Positions 36,924 through 47,115 of a stretch of 64,000 nucleotides of DNA are shown here, in pieces; position 1 is the first letter of the stretch, and the number at the start of each line of letters is the position of its first letter. Source of the stretch: Candidatus Bathyarchaeota archaeon (GTDB lineage Archaea > Thermoproteota > Bathyarchaeia > Bathyarchaeales > Bathycorpusculaceae); NCBI GenBank assembly GCA_963715865.1, contig OY970280.1, positions 1,344,001-1,408,000 of the forward strand. Reading direction: 5' to 3'. Both the position numbers and the translations under genes were made by a program. A model generated the notes under the pieces. The model saw only the letters and a program-made list of their open reading frames with translations. It made no database searches and was not told the origin of the DNA.

Positions 36924-37526
36924 ATGAAGGTTGTTGCTTTTAATGGAAGCGCTCGTAAAAACGGAAACACCGCCATACTCCTAAAACGCGTCCTCAAAGC
37001 CCTCGAAGCAGAAGGCATAGAAACTGAACTAATCCAGCTTGCTGGAAAGCAAATCCGGGGCTGCACAGCCTGCAGAACCTGCTTCAAAACAAAAAATCAG
37101 CACTGTGCAATAACAGATGACAAAGTGAACGCCTACATTCAAAAGATGGTTGAAGCTGATGGCATAATCTTGGGGTCTCCCACATACTTTGGCATGATGT
37201 CCCCTGAAATGAAAGCGCTCATCGACCGCTCGGGCTTCGTAGCCAGAGCCACACCTGACATGCTAAAGTACAAAGTCGGAGCCGCAGTCGTTGCCGTCAG
37301 ACGCGCAGGCGGGATGACAACCTTCGACGCCATAAACCACTTCTTCTTGATTAACCAGATGATCATCCCAGGCTCGTCGTACTGGAACATTGGCATTGGA
37401 AACAAAAAGGGCGAAGTTGAAAAAGACGAAGAAGGCATGAAAATCATGGATGACCTTGGCAGAAATATGGCTTGGCTTATCAAAAAAATAAAACTTAAAC
37501 ATTCACTTCACCTAAAGAGAAGTTGA
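36924..37526 (+). CDS. Iron-sulfur flavoprotein / flavodoxin-like FMN reductase
   Basis: NGSARKNGNT, CTACRTC..C, ILGSPTYFG. Confidence 0.9.
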   Translation: MKVVAFNGSARKNGNTAILLKRVLKALEAEGIETELIQLAGKQIRGCTACRTCFKTKNQHCAITDDKVNAYIQKMVEADGIILGSPTYFGMMSPEMKALIDRSGFVARATPDMLKYKVGAAVVAVRRAGGMTTFDAINHFFLINQMIIPGSSYWNIGIGNKKGEVEKDEEGMKIMDDLGRNMAWLIKKIKLKHSLHLKRS

Positions 37527-37531
37527 TTGTT

Positions 37532-37765
37532 ATGTCCGAAAATAAAGCAGAAAGCTTTGAACACGAGAATCGGGGCGTGGCTTTTGTCGTCATGGCAATG
37601 TCGTTTAATATCGTCGGTTTGGGAAGTCTTGCTTTTGGGAATGTTCCAGTCGCAGGAGGGCTCTTGACTGGTTCTCTTGTCTTCATGATACTTTCACTGT
37701 TTTATTCGACAAAGGAATATAGAGAAATGAGGAAAAAACAGAAGAAAACTGTTCCGTCCATTTAG
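37532..37765 (+). CDS. Small two-TM membrane protein
   Basis: Two hydrophobic segments and a basic tail; ORF track start 37523. Confidence 0.5.
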   Translation: MSENKAESFEHENRGVAFVVMAMSFNIVGLGSLAFGNVPVAGGLLTGSLVFMILSLFYSTKEYREMRKKQKKTVPSI

Positions 37766-37806
37766 CGACGGCGCAACATAAGAAATTATGTTTATTTCAA
37801 GATGCC

Positions 37807-38475
37807 TTATTGCATTAGAAGTTCTACGCCAGGTATCTTCTTTTTCTCATAAATGATATCCATCAGCTTCGTGAATCCCGTGATCCAAGCCAAATATATT
37901 GCCCCGATGACCAGCCAAACAGGAAGCACAACATATGTTATATGGGCGATTGATTTACCTGCACTGACCAAGTCAAATAATCCCACGTATGCCAATGCAG
38001 CTGTACTTTTTGTAAGAGAACAGAATTCATTGGTCCATGAGGGAATAACTATCCTAAAAGCCTGAGGAAGAATGACGTGCCTGAGAGTTTGGGCTCTTGA
38101 CATTCCCGTCGACAGACCAGCATCCATTTGATCTTCAAATATGGTTTCAATGGCGCCTTTCACGTATCCTTTCTGGTAGCCGGCGCTGTTTAACCCAAAA
38201 ACCAAAAAAGCCGTAAGATAAGGGTCTATAGGGATGTGCGTTATAGTAGGCACAGTGTATTGGGCTAAAAATAGTTGAACGAATATTGGGCTTCCCCTAA
38301 AAAACTCCACATAAACCGCAATAACTCCCTTGGCAACTTTGTTCCCATAGATGTCTCCAATCGCCAGCAATGTCCCTATGCCTAATCCCAAAAAGACGCC
38401 GAACAGTGTAATCTCCACTGTCAAGAGAAGCCCTTGAAGGATCCAAGGAGCGAATTGGCTGACGAATTCAAACAT
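37807..38475 (-). CDS. Polar amino-acid ABC transporter permease
   Basis: YVEFFRGSP, EAA-type loop (QMDAGLSTGMS), ILPQA. Confidence 0.92.
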   Translation of the reverse strand: MFEFVSQFAPWILQGLLLTVEITLFGVFLGLGIGTLLAIGDIYGNKVAKGVIAVYVEFFRGSPIFVQLFLAQYTVPTITHIPIDPYLTAFLVFGLNSAGYQKGYVKGAIETIFEDQMDAGLSTGMSRAQTLRHVILPQAFRIVIPSWTNEFCSLTKSTAALAYVGLFDLVSAGKSIAHITYVVLPVWLVIGAIYLAWITGFTKLMDIIYEKKKIPGVELLMQ

Positions 38476-38479
38476 TACT

Positions 38480-39232
38480 CTATTCCCTTGTGGTTCTGTT
38501 TATTATTCTGGTCATGAATTTTTTAGCTCGCTCGCTGTGAGGACTGTTAAAGAAGTGTGCTGGCGTTCCAGTTTCCACGATAGACCCTTCATCGTAGAAA
38601 ATCATCTCCTCCGCGACTTCACGGGCAAACGGCATTTCGTGACTAACGATAAGCATAGTTGTTCCTTCTTTGGCAAGGTCACGCAGAGTATCGATGACTT
38701 CTCCGGTAAGTTCAGGGTCTAAAGCTGACGTCGGTTCATCTAGCAATATTATATCGGGGTTGCGGGCGATAGCGCGGGCTATGCCTATTCTTTGCTGTTG
38801 CCCCCCAGACATTTGGTTAGGATACTTATTCATGCATTCAATTACTTTCACTTCCTTTAGTGCAGCTAATGCTCGTGCTCTGGCTTCTTCTTTGGGCAGT
38901 TTAAGCACTTGCCTAAGTGCCAACTCTACATTCCCCAAGGCGGTAAGATGCCTGAAAAGGTAAATATGCTGGAAAACAAAGCCGATTCTCGCCCGCGCTT
39001 TATTTAGATCTACGCCAGGTTTAGTGAGGCATTGTTCGCCAAGGTAGATTTCGCCCTTATCTGGCAGGGTTAGCATTGCCATGCACCGCAGAAACGTGCT
39101 CTTTCCTGAACCACTGGGTCCAAAGATCAGTTTTATGTCGCCCTTTCTGATTTGCATGGAGACATTTCTTACTGCTTCAAGTTTTCCGTAGTTTTTGTAG
39201 ACATTTCTAGCTTCCATTACGAGGTCGGTCAT
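38480..39232 (-). CDS. Polar amino-acid ABC transporter ATPase (GlnQ-like)
   Basis: GPSGSGKST, MSGGQQQR, LLDEPTSALDPE. Confidence 0.93.
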   Translation of the reverse strand: MTDLVMEARNVYKNYGKLEAVRNVSMQIRKGDIKLIFGPSGSGKSTFLRCMAMLTLPDKGEIYLGEQCLTKPGVDLNKARARIGFVFQHIYLFRHLTALGNVELALRQVLKLPKEEARARALAALKEVKVIECMNKYPNQMSGGQQQRIGIARAIARNPDIILLDEPTSALDPELTGEVIDTLRDLAKEGTTMLIVSHEMPFAREVAEEMIFYDEGSIVETGTPAHFFNSPHSERAKKFMTRIINRTTRE

Positions 39233-39236
39233 TTTT

Positions 39237-39893
39237 TTACAATCCTATTTTTTTCTTTCTTTTGTTGCCCCATCGATCAAGCCATAAGGCAATTGGGAAG
39301 GTAAGTGCAATATACAAAAGGGCTGCAAACACAAATGGCGTTACAACGTCATATGGTGGAACGTTTTTGAGCCAAATAGATCGAGTCATGATCTCGGCTA
39401 AGCCGCCGATAACCCAGACATACGAAGAGTCCTTGATTAAGAGCGCATATTCGCTTCCTAAGCCTGGAGTTGAGAAAGTCAAAACTTGAGGAACCATAAC
39501 ATGCCATATTGCTTGCCACTTAGAACAACCAATAGATTGGGCGGCAATCATCTGCTCGTCTCCAACACCTCGAATTGCCCCTCTGAAAATCTGTGATTGA
39601 TTAGCTCCACTTCTTAAACCAAGAACAAACGCGGCGACAAAGAAGGCGTTACCGAACGGAAAGGGAAAATATAGGCCTAATCCAAAGAAAAAGAGTAGCA
39701 TCAGAACGATTTCAGGTATGCCTCTGAAGATTTTCTCATAAGCGTCCACAACAAAACTAACTTCGTTTTCGTACACTCTTATGAATGCAAGCGGCAAACC
39801 GATTGCTATGCCGGCTAAGAAAGAAATGATAGAAATGGAAAGAGTAAGGGGTACTCCTTCCAACAGGAAGATTAGCTCTTGCCATGCATCCAA
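39237..39893 (-). CDS. Polar amino-acid ABC transporter permease
   Basis: IFRGIP, QMIAAQSIG, LIKDSS. Confidence 0.92.
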   Translation of the reverse strand: MDAWQELIFLLEGVPLTLSISIISFLAGIAIGLPLAFIRVYENEVSFVVDAYEKIFRGIPEIVLMLLFFFGLGLYFPFPFGNAFFVAAFVLGLRSGANQSQIFRGAIRGVGDEQMIAAQSIGCSKWQAIWHVMVPQVLTFSTPGLGSEYALLIKDSSYVWVIGGLAEIMTRSIWLKNVPPYDVVTPFVFAALLYIALTFPIALWLDRWGNKRKKKIGL

Positions 39894-39909
39894 TAGGGAT
39901 CACGTTTGT

Positions 39910-40743
39910 TTAAGCATGCCATTTTGCTCTGAGCTGATCTAGTTGTCCAGATTGAATGACTTGTGCCATGGCACCGTTGAACTTGTCAAGGAAGGTGTTG
40001 GCGTTTTTGTTAACTACAAATGCACATGGATAGTATGCATGGTCATAGACAATGCCGATATTTGTTCCCTGAGTCTGATATTGAGCAATCCACGCTGTTG
40101 TTATAGGTGTTTCAGCATAAACTGCCTGCACGCTTGGGTTGGCGCTTGCCATGTCTTGGATCGCTGAGGCGAAGTCATTCCATGACCTTATCGATACTCC
40201 TGCAGCTTGGAGTTCCTGTTGCTCAGTTGTTCCATCTTGCGTTCCAACAGTTAAGCCCAGATTTTTCAGGTCATGCAGTGAGGTTATGTTGGTTATTGCT
40301 AGCGAGTCGATTTTACTTTGGAGCATGATAACTTGAGCTCTTGTTGTGCTATGAGGCATTGTAAATGAAACTTGTGCAAGTCTATCTGGTGTCACTGAGA
40401 AACCGCTAACTCCCATGTCAAGTTTGTTCTGTTGGACTGACGTTATGATGTTATCGAAACTTACGCTTTGCCAATCAACAGTCAAATTAAGTTGAGCGGC
40501 AACGGCGTTCGTCAAGTCAACTTCGAATCCTACGATCTTATTAGTGCTATTGTCAAGTTGTTCGTAGGGTGGCCAACTTGGGTCTGTGCCGACTGTGATT
40601 ACTCCTGTTTTTTCAATATTGCTCCATACAGTGTCTGCCGTTGACGAGTTTTGCGCTACAAGAAACGGGCTAGAGACGAGACCGACAGCGAAGCCTACAA
40701 TGAGCATTATTACAACTAGACTTATGGTAATCATTTTTGCCAT
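39910..40743 (-). CDS. Polar amino-acid ABC substrate-binding protein (family 3)
   Basis: N-terminal TM anchor, VGTDPSWPPYE, GFEVDL, RLAQVSFT.P; start ATG 40743. Confidence 0.9.
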   Translation of the reverse strand: MAKMITISLVVIMLIVGFAVGLVSSPFLVAQNSSTADTVWSNIEKTGVITVGTDPSWPPYEQLDNSTNKIVGFEVDLTNAVAAQLNLTVDWQSVSFDNIITSVQQNKLDMGVSGFSVTPDRLAQVSFTMPHSTTRAQVIMLQSKIDSLAITNITSLHDLKNLGLTVGTQDGTTEQQELQAAGVSIRSWNDFASAIQDMASANPSVQAVYAETPITTAWIAQYQTQGTNIGIVYDHAYYPCAFVVNKNANTFLDKFNGAMAQVIQSGQLDQLRAKWHA

Positions 40744-40843
40744 GTTTTTGTTTCTCCTAGCCCTCATATTTCGATGCTTTATATATTTAAGCTTAAGCCA
40801 TGCTCCAAAAAATGAAATTTTTGAGCAGGTTTCAAAAGTGAAG

Positions 40844-41734
40844 CTATTTTAAATTCACCGAGACGAGCGCTATTGCGATTACTATGAAGAAGGCTCCTAT
40901 GCTGGAGAACACGGTAACAGGCTCTTTCAACACCACGATGGATAGAATGACGGCAACCACTATTTCAGATAAAAGAAGAACTGTAGAAGTGGATGCAGAA
41001 AGATGCTTAAGCCCTTCCAGCCAGAGGTAGTATGGCAGAACCCAACAAACAATTGCCGTGTAAAAAATCGCCAACCATGCATACTCTGTCAAAGCAAAAA
41101 ACCTGGGTCCGGACAAAAGCGTGAAAGGCACAATTGTAAATAGTGTTAATACAAGCACCCAAGTCATAGACTGAAATGTCGCCGAAGTTGAATTCATAAT
41201 CAACTTCTTATTATAAACCATGAACAGCGCCCAAGCAACACCTGAACAGATAAGCATAAAGTCACCAACAAACTGCCCCGCGCCGAAAGTTGAAAAATCC
41301 AAGTTAGTGCTAACAAAGACAATACCCACCAAACCGAACAGCACACCCACAATTTTCTTCCGAGAAAAACTTTCACCCAGCAGCTTGGGGCTTAAAAGGG
41401 CAACCCACATGGCACTTAGGTTTATGAAAAGCGCAGCCTTCGCTGCAGTCGTATAATTCATGCCGACGTACTGAAGCAAGTAGCCTGCGCCATTTGCGAT
41501 TCCCAAAAAGGCGAGCAGTTTTTTGTCTGTTATTTTGAACTCGAGTTTTTTGAGAAGCAGCATGGTAAATAGCAATGTGACTGAGGCTACCAAAAATCGC
41601 CAGAAGACAAATGCAAACGGGTCAGTATACATTAATCCAATTTTGATGATTGGAAAGGAAGTGCCCCATAGGACGCCTGCCAATATGGTGAAAAAGACGG
41701 CTTTGCTTTTCTTGGTTAACAGTGGATTGGGCAA
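40844..41734 (-). CDS. EamA/DMT family transporter
   Basis: LWGTSFP, 10 TM helices, duplicated EamA halves. Confidence 0.9.
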   Translation of the reverse strand: MPNPLLTKKSKAVFFTILAGVLWGTSFPIIKIGLMYTDPFAFVFWRFLVASVTLLFTMLLLKKLEFKITDKKLLAFLGIANGAGYLLQYVGMNYTTAAKAALFINLSAMWVALLSPKLLGESFSRKKIVGVLFGLVGIVFVSTNLDFSTFGAGQFVGDFMLICSGVAWALFMVYNKKLIMNSTSATFQSMTWVLVLTLFTIVPFTLLSGPRFFALTEYAWLAIFYTAIVCWVLPYYLWLEGLKHLSASTSTVLLLSEIVVAVILSIVVLKEPVTVFSSIGAFFIVIAIALVSVNLK

Positions 41735-41865
41735 ACCGCTCGTCTCTCCTCGCTTTCCTCATAGGCAGGCTACGTAAATAAAGCATTTTTGCCGAGACAT
41801 GGATTACAGGCTTAGAAATATCATTATAAAAAAGCAGTCATCCGCCAAAAGGGGGGAGGAAGAGC

Positions 41866-43500
41866 TTATTTCATTATTGCTTTCAAGTCTTCGTCAGCTG
41901 TTTTGATTGGCATTATGTTGAATTTTTCAACCAGCACCTTAAGGATATTAGGCGTTATGAACGCTGGAAGGCTCGGTCCAATACGGATGTCTCTTATGCC
42001 CAAGTACAGCAGCGATAGCAATATGGCAACTGCTTTTTGTTCATACCACGACAGCACCAGTGAGAGTGGCAAATCGTTAACTTGCACGTTGAAGGCGCTG
42101 GCTAATGCTTGAGCTATCTTGACAGCTGAGTAAGCGTCATTGCATTGTCCAATGTCTAGTAAGCGTGGGATTTCATCGATTGTGCCCAGCTCTTTGTCGA
42201 AGAATCTGAACTTGCCGCAGGCTAAGGTTAGGATGATTGTGTTTTTGGGTGCTTTCTCGACTAGTTCTGGATAGTAGCTTCTACCTGGTTTTGCGCCGTC
42301 ACATCCGCCGACCAGTATGAAGCGCTTTATGTGCCCGTTCTTCACCGACTCTATGACTTTATCAGCTACGCTTAGCACGGCGTTTCTGCCAAAGCCAACC
42401 AACACGTATTTGCTTTCCTTGTCTTCTGGGAAACCGGGCAGTTCCAAGGCTCTCTGTATTACCTGCGAGAAGTCTTTGCTGCTTATGTGTGGCACGCCTG
42501 GGTACCCGACTGGTCCTGAAGTGAAAATGTTGCCCTTGTAGCTTTCTACTGGTTTTTGTATGCAGTTTGTCGTCATTAGGATTGCGCCTGGAAAAGCGGC
42601 GAACTCTTTTTGCTGGTTAAACCATGCTGTTCCATAGTGACCGTAGAAGCGCGGATACTTCTTCAGTTTTGGGTAGCCGTGTGTTGGAAGCATTTCGCCG
42701 TGAGTGTAAACGTAGATGCCTTTGTCTTCGCTTTGTTTTAGAATCTCTTCCAAATCGATGAGGTCATGGCCTGAAACAAGTATGGCTTTGCCTTTTTTGT
42801 GGCCAAGAGGCACTTTCGTTGGCACTGGATGACCGTAGGTTTCAGTGTTTCCTGCATCGAGCAGTTCCATTGCGCGTATGTTGATTTCGCCGCATTTAAA
42901 AACTAAACCTACAAACTCGTTAACGCCAAGTGACTTGTCAAGTGGAGACGCTAATCCTTCATAGATAAAATCGAACACTTTATCGTCTTTTTTTCCAAGA
43001 AGATAGGCATGGTACGCGTAGGCGGCTACTCCTTTTAACCCGTAAGTTAACAGCCACTGAAGCGAATGGAGGTCTAGATCAATTGTTGAGTCAGAGTTTA
43101 TTCCGTAACGTTTTCCCATTGCAACTAAGCCTGCTGTCGTGTTCTCCAACTGTAAATTGAATGCTGAGTTAACTTTGACTTTTTCTTTCCGCAGTCTGCC
43201 GCGTAATTGCTCTTGCAGTTGCGCCGTTTTTCTTATGTAAACAGCTATTGCTTCTGGGTCAAAGTTCACATTTGTCAAAGTAGCAAATAATGCTTCGCAA
43301 GTGAACACGTCAGTTTTTTCGTCTTTTATTCCAGCTTTTCTTGTCTCAATTGATAGTTGGCTAAGTCCTCTAAGCGTGTAGACAAGTAGATCTTGAAGCG
43401 CTGCCACGTCAGCTGTTTTTCCGCAAACGCCCACTACTGTGCAGCCTTGACCTTTGGCTGTTTGTTCGCATTGATAACAGAACATTTGGTTTTGACTCAT
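41866..43500 (-). CDS. hcp: Hybrid cluster protein (hydroxylamine reductase)
   Basis: MFCYQCEQT..GC...GVCGK, THGEMLP, TTNC, GGCDG, ACGK, GQCND, WYEQKA; ATG 43500 after GGTGA. Confidence 0.95.
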   Translation of the reverse strand: MSQNQMFCYQCEQTAKGQGCTVVGVCGKTADVAALQDLLVYTLRGLSQLSIETRKAGIKDEKTDVFTCEALFATLTNVNFDPEAIAVYIRKTAQLQEQLRGRLRKEKVKVNSAFNLQLENTTAGLVAMGKRYGINSDSTIDLDLHSLQWLLTYGLKGVAAYAYHAYLLGKKDDKVFDFIYEGLASPLDKSLGVNEFVGLVFKCGEINIRAMELLDAGNTETYGHPVPTKVPLGHKKGKAILVSGHDLIDLEEILKQSEDKGIYVYTHGEMLPTHGYPKLKKYPRFYGHYGTAWFNQQKEFAAFPGAILMTTNCIQKPVESYKGNIFTSGPVGYPGVPHISSKDFSQVIQRALELPGFPEDKESKYVLVGFGRNAVLSVADKVIESVKNGHIKRFILVGGCDGAKPGRSYYPELVEKAPKNTIILTLACGKFRFFDKELGTIDEIPRLLDIGQCNDAYSAVKIAQALASAFNVQVNDLPLSLVLSWYEQKAVAILLSLLYLGIRDIRIGPSLPAFITPNILKVLVEKFNIMPIKTADEDLKAIMK

Positions 43501-43598
43501 ATTTTTCACCTTGAAATAAGTATTATGATTAATGGCAGATAGCTATTGTCCCGAACATTTTAGGGTTTTACAAGTGCAGTTGAGATATGAGTAAAATA

Positions 43599-43724
43599 TC
43601 AAGTAAGCCCTGCTGGCAATAGGTTTTTCAAACGCTCGCAGAACAAGAAATTTGAATCGATAAAGATGTTTTTTGCCAATTTTTTGAATGCTTTGAAAAT
43701 ATCTTCAATTTCTAAGCTATACAA
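43599..43724 (-). pseudogene. Degenerate RelE/StbE-like toxin remnant
   Basis: 41-codon ORF from TTG: MYSLEIEDIFKAFKKLAK, resembling archaeal RelE N-termini, then degenerating. Confidence 0.35.
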
Positions 43725-43728
43725 GCAA

Positions 43729-43836
43729 TCACGTGGCGTCGAACTCTTCGGCGAAGTCTTTTACTTTTATAAATTTGCCATGCTTGCGGGCTTCTTCTAT
43801 TTCGTTCACGAATGCTGGTATTAAACTTTTAACCAT
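43729..43836 (-). CDS. 35-aa ORF, candidate antitoxin (absent from ORF track)
   Basis: ATG after GGGAG; MVKSLIPAFVNEIEEARKHGKFIKVKDFAEEFDAT; directly upstream of the toxin-like remnant. Confidence 0.4.
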   Translation of the reverse strand: MVKSLIPAFVNEIEEARKHGKFIKVKDFAEEFDAT

Positions 43837-43983
43837 AGACTCTCCCTGCGAATTAGGCCTCATAATACTATTAATATGAAATTATTTAATTTTTGATTTG
43901 TGGTTGATAGAATTTTCAGCCCCAGTATGGATCGTGAACGGTAAAAAAAAAGATGAGAGCTGTCTTGTTTTACGCTAGTTTAG

Positions 43984-45144
43984 TTAGATTTTGTAGTATT
44001 TTGCATACAGCACTATGCCTACTGCTAAGATGGCTATGCAAGACACAGATACTACCGCCAAATCCAAGAGTATGGTTGGGCTTGTGATGGCTGCGCCTCT
44101 GAGGAAAAGCGAAGTTAAAGCGTCTGTAACGTAGTAGCTGGGTACGAATTTGCCTGCAACTTGAGCACCTGAAGAAAGCGATGCGCCGACGAATGTGCCA
44201 AGGAACAATTGCGGAAGTAGGAAAAGGAAGCTTAAGCCTGTTGCTGCACCTGCGGATTTTGCGATTGAAGCGGTGATTAAGCCGAATCCCACGTTGGATA
44301 GTGAGAATATCAGCACCAGTATGAAGGCGAAAGCGTAAGCGGGTATGCCAACGTTTGGTCTGAAACCTAAAGCGTACGTCATGATGAAAACCAGAGCCGC
44401 TTGGATCAGCGCTATGCCCATGTAGGAGACCACTTGGCTTGTCATGAACTCGGTTGGTGTTGTGGGTGAGATGCGGATGCGTTTCATCATGCCGTTCTCT
44501 CGGTCTTGGGTGAATGATTGGGCAACCATCATTATGAGGAATATGGAAGCGAACGTGAACATGCCTGGGGCAATGAAGTCAAGTGCCGACGTAGTCTTCA
44601 CCTCAACCAGAGACGCGGTTTCTACGTGGAATGGGCTTTGGGGTGCTTGCTGACTCTGACCCGTGATGGCTGTCAAAGCTTGCTGGATGATTGGCGGTAT
44701 GGCTTGGGTGGCGACTAAAGAGCCTTTATCTAAATACAATGAGACGGTGGCGTTTGTCCATTTTGACGGGTCGTTGGGTGCTGTTTGATATGAAGCTAGG
44801 CTTTGGCTGAAATCCGTCGGAATTGCCATCACTGCCTGAACAGTGCCTTGCGACAGGTCATTTTGCGCGGTCTGGTTGTCAACGTATATGTGAAGGTTCA
44901 GTATCTTTGTGTTGGACAATGCTGTGAGGAGTATCTGCGAGGCGTTTACTGAGTTTCCTTGGTCCATGTTGACTACGCCGATTTGATACGTCACTGTTTG
45001 GCTGCTGCCAACTCCGCCGAATGAAGCCCCGAAAGCGAACACGAACACTACTGGAAACAGGAAAATCATGAAAAGCACTGCTGGTTCGCGGATAGTTTTC
45101 TTAAGTTCCTTCTTAGTTAAAGCGGATATCCGTTGAAGTTTCAT
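43984..45144 (-). CDS. ABC-2 type permease with extracellular domain
   Basis: KELKKTIRE, DRENGMMKRIRISP; 1 TM plus extracellular domain plus 5 TM. Confidence 0.9.
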   Translation of the reverse strand: MKLQRISALTKKELKKTIREPAVLFMIFLFPVVFVFAFGASFGGVGSSQTVTYQIGVVNMDQGNSVNASQILLTALSNTKILNLHIYVDNQTAQNDLSQGTVQAVMAIPTDFSQSLASYQTAPNDPSKWTNATVSLYLDKGSLVATQAIPPIIQQALTAITGQSQQAPQSPFHVETASLVEVKTTSALDFIAPGMFTFASIFLIMMVAQSFTQDRENGMMKRIRISPTTPTEFMTSQVVSYMGIALIQAALVFIMTYALGFRPNVGIPAYAFAFILVLIFSLSNVGFGLITASIAKSAGAATGLSFLFLLPQLFLGTFVGASLSSGAQVAGKFVPSYYVTDALTSLFLRGAAITSPTILLDLAVVSVSCIAILAVGIVLYAKYYKI

Positions 45145-45891
45145 TTATGCTTCCTCCCTCATGGTTCTTCCTGTGAGTTTGATGAAAAGCTCTTCCAGAT
45201 TCTTCACTTGATTTTTAGCAATCAGTTCTTTTGGCGTGCCAAGAGCAATTAGTTTTCCATGGTCAATTATGCCTACTCGGTCGCATAATTCCTCGGCTTC
45301 TTCCATGTAATGCGTGGTTAGGATGATGGTTTTGCCTTGTGTTTTTTGTTCTTTTACGAAGTCCCAGACAGCATGGCGTGATTGCGGGTCCATGGCAACT
45401 GTTGGTTCATCTAGAAAAGCGACTTGGGGGTCATGGATTAATGCGAGAGTTAGGCTTAGTCGACGTTTCATTCCTCCGCTGTATTTCGCTGCTCTTCTTT
45501 TTGCGTCTTCTTTTAGCCCCATTTTCGTCAGCAGTATATCGCTTCTTTCTTTGAGCATTTTTCCGTTCATGTTGTAGAGGTTTCCGAAGAGTTCAAGGTT
45601 CTCTGCACCGGTTAGGTATGGATAAATGGCTGTTTCTTGAGTGCACACGCCGATTAGTTCTTTGACTTTCGGTGTTTCTTTTTGTGCGTCGTAACCGTAG
45701 ACTTTGGCTGTGCCGCTTGTTGGTTTTACGAGTCCGCAGAGGATGTTTATTGTGGTTGTTTTTCCTGCTCCGTTTGGTCCTAGTAATCCGAAGAGTTCTC
45801 CTTTGTTGACTTGTAGACTGAGGTTTTCTACTGCTGTTTTGTCTTCAAATTTTTTGGTTAGATTTTGTATTGTTATTGCTGATTCGGTCAT
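45145..45891 (-). CDS. ABC transporter ATP-binding protein
   Basis: GPNGAGKT, YSGGMKRR, FLDEPT, THYMEEAE. Confidence 0.93.
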   Translation of the reverse strand: MTESAITIQNLTKKFEDKTAVENLSLQVNKGELFGLLGPNGAGKTTTINILCGLVKPTSGTAKVYGYDAQKETPKVKELIGVCTQETAIYPYLTGAENLELFGNLYNMNGKMLKERSDILLTKMGLKEDAKRRAAKYSGGMKRRLSLTLALIHDPQVAFLDEPTVAMDPQSRHAVWDFVKEQKTQGKTIILTTHYMEEAEELCDRVGIIDHGKLIALGTPKELIAKNQVKNLEELFIKLTGRTMREEA

Positions 45892-46035
45892 GTTAATGTC
45901 TCCTTTTTCTATGGCTCTTAGTACGTTTTTTAGAATTTAGGTTCTTGTTTACCTATTGCTGAAAGAAAATGCATTTGACAGTACTGGAAAGTCGCTTTTC
46001 AACTATGATTGGTTAAAAAACAGGACATTCCTTGA

Positions 46036-46947
46036 CTATGGAATATTGTCTAGCCATGTGTTGAATACGTATCCTGTGTAGATGATGTTTGGGGCTACTG
46101 CTTGTACTGCTGGTTCCCGCTCTAAGCTTTCTCGAGTATCTCGCAGTTCTTTTGCTGTTGGGGTCCAAGTGAAAAATAGGTAGGAGTTTGGTATGTTGCT
46201 AAAACCCCAATAAAAGAGTGCGTTCGGATAATGTTTTTGCCAAATTATGTTAGGTGTGTTAGGGTCAGCGTCAGGTTTTAGTTGAACATGAAATACGCTT
46301 ATTATATCATTTGACGCATCAGGATACCAGTCTATAGATAATTGTATCAAATAGTTGTTTATCATTCTTGTGAGCCTGCGACGAACCGTTTTGGCTGAGA
46401 CACCTAATTCTTCAGCGACAACTGAAGTGGCTTTACGTGAATCATCTTTCAAGGAACGAATAATTTTGTAGTCAAGCTCACAGAGCTTAGTCTCAGGATC
46501 AATACCCTTTAAAATCCACGACGGAATAGGCGAAACCGTTATGCCAACGGTTGGTTCAGGCACCTCAGCTGCCTCTCTAATGAAACGAACCAGCGGCTCC
46601 AACTCAGCTATGTTTTTCAAGTAAGCGCCTATGTACAAGACATTTCCGCCGCCGAGAGCCAACCAGTATATGGAGCCGTGCTTCTCCAGTTTTGGGTTTA
46701 TGTCACGAATTGAATTAGTTTTCGACGTTCCAAAGATTAATATGTGAATGCCGTTTTTAGCGATTAAGCTTAGTTTAGCATTGAATTTGCGTATTATGCC
46801 CATTTCGATTAAGGATTGAATGCGGTTATGAACGGCGGTCACAGACAAGTTCAGTTTTTCCGCCAGTTCACGGTAAGAAAGCCGAGAATTCGCAAGTAAA
46901 AGCTGGCATAATATTACATCTGTCTTGTCCACTGTCTCACCATTCAC
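46036..46947 (-). CDS. Lrp/AsnC regulator with two tandem HTH-effector units
   Basis: Two AsnC HTHs (SRLSYRELAEKLNLSVTAVHNRI; SRKATSVVAEELGVSAKTVRRRL). Confidence 0.88.
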   Translation of the reverse strand: MNGETVDKTDVILCQLLLANSRLSYRELAEKLNLSVTAVHNRIQSLIEMGIIRKFNAKLSLIAKNGIHILIFGTSKTNSIRDINPKLEKHGSIYWLALGGGNVLYIGAYLKNIAELEPLVRFIREAAEVPEPTVGITVSPIPSWILKGIDPETKLCELDYKIIRSLKDDSRKATSVVAEELGVSAKTVRRRLTRMINNYLIQLSIDWYPDASNDIISVFHVQLKPDADPNTPNIIWQKHYPNALFYWGFSNIPNSYLFFTWTPTAKELRDTRESLEREPAVQAVAPNIIYTGYVFNTWLDNIP

Positions 46948-47115
46948 CGTTCTTTTATGTTATAAACTCCTTAAAGGCTTTAGCACACTATAATATTTCG
47001 GACAACAGAGTATCAGCATTGACCCCAGTGTTTCTTATAGAAGCGTTTGTTGTAGGCATTATGCAGTCACAACTTCTAATAACCTCAAACAATGCTAATA
47101 ATTGAGGTTAAAACT

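Noticed and set aside
43543-43560. TGTCC-C-GAACA palindrome upstream of hcp, with a weaker look-alike near 46997
   Set aside because: Only one good instance; the second has two mismatches, which is insufficient for a regulon claim.
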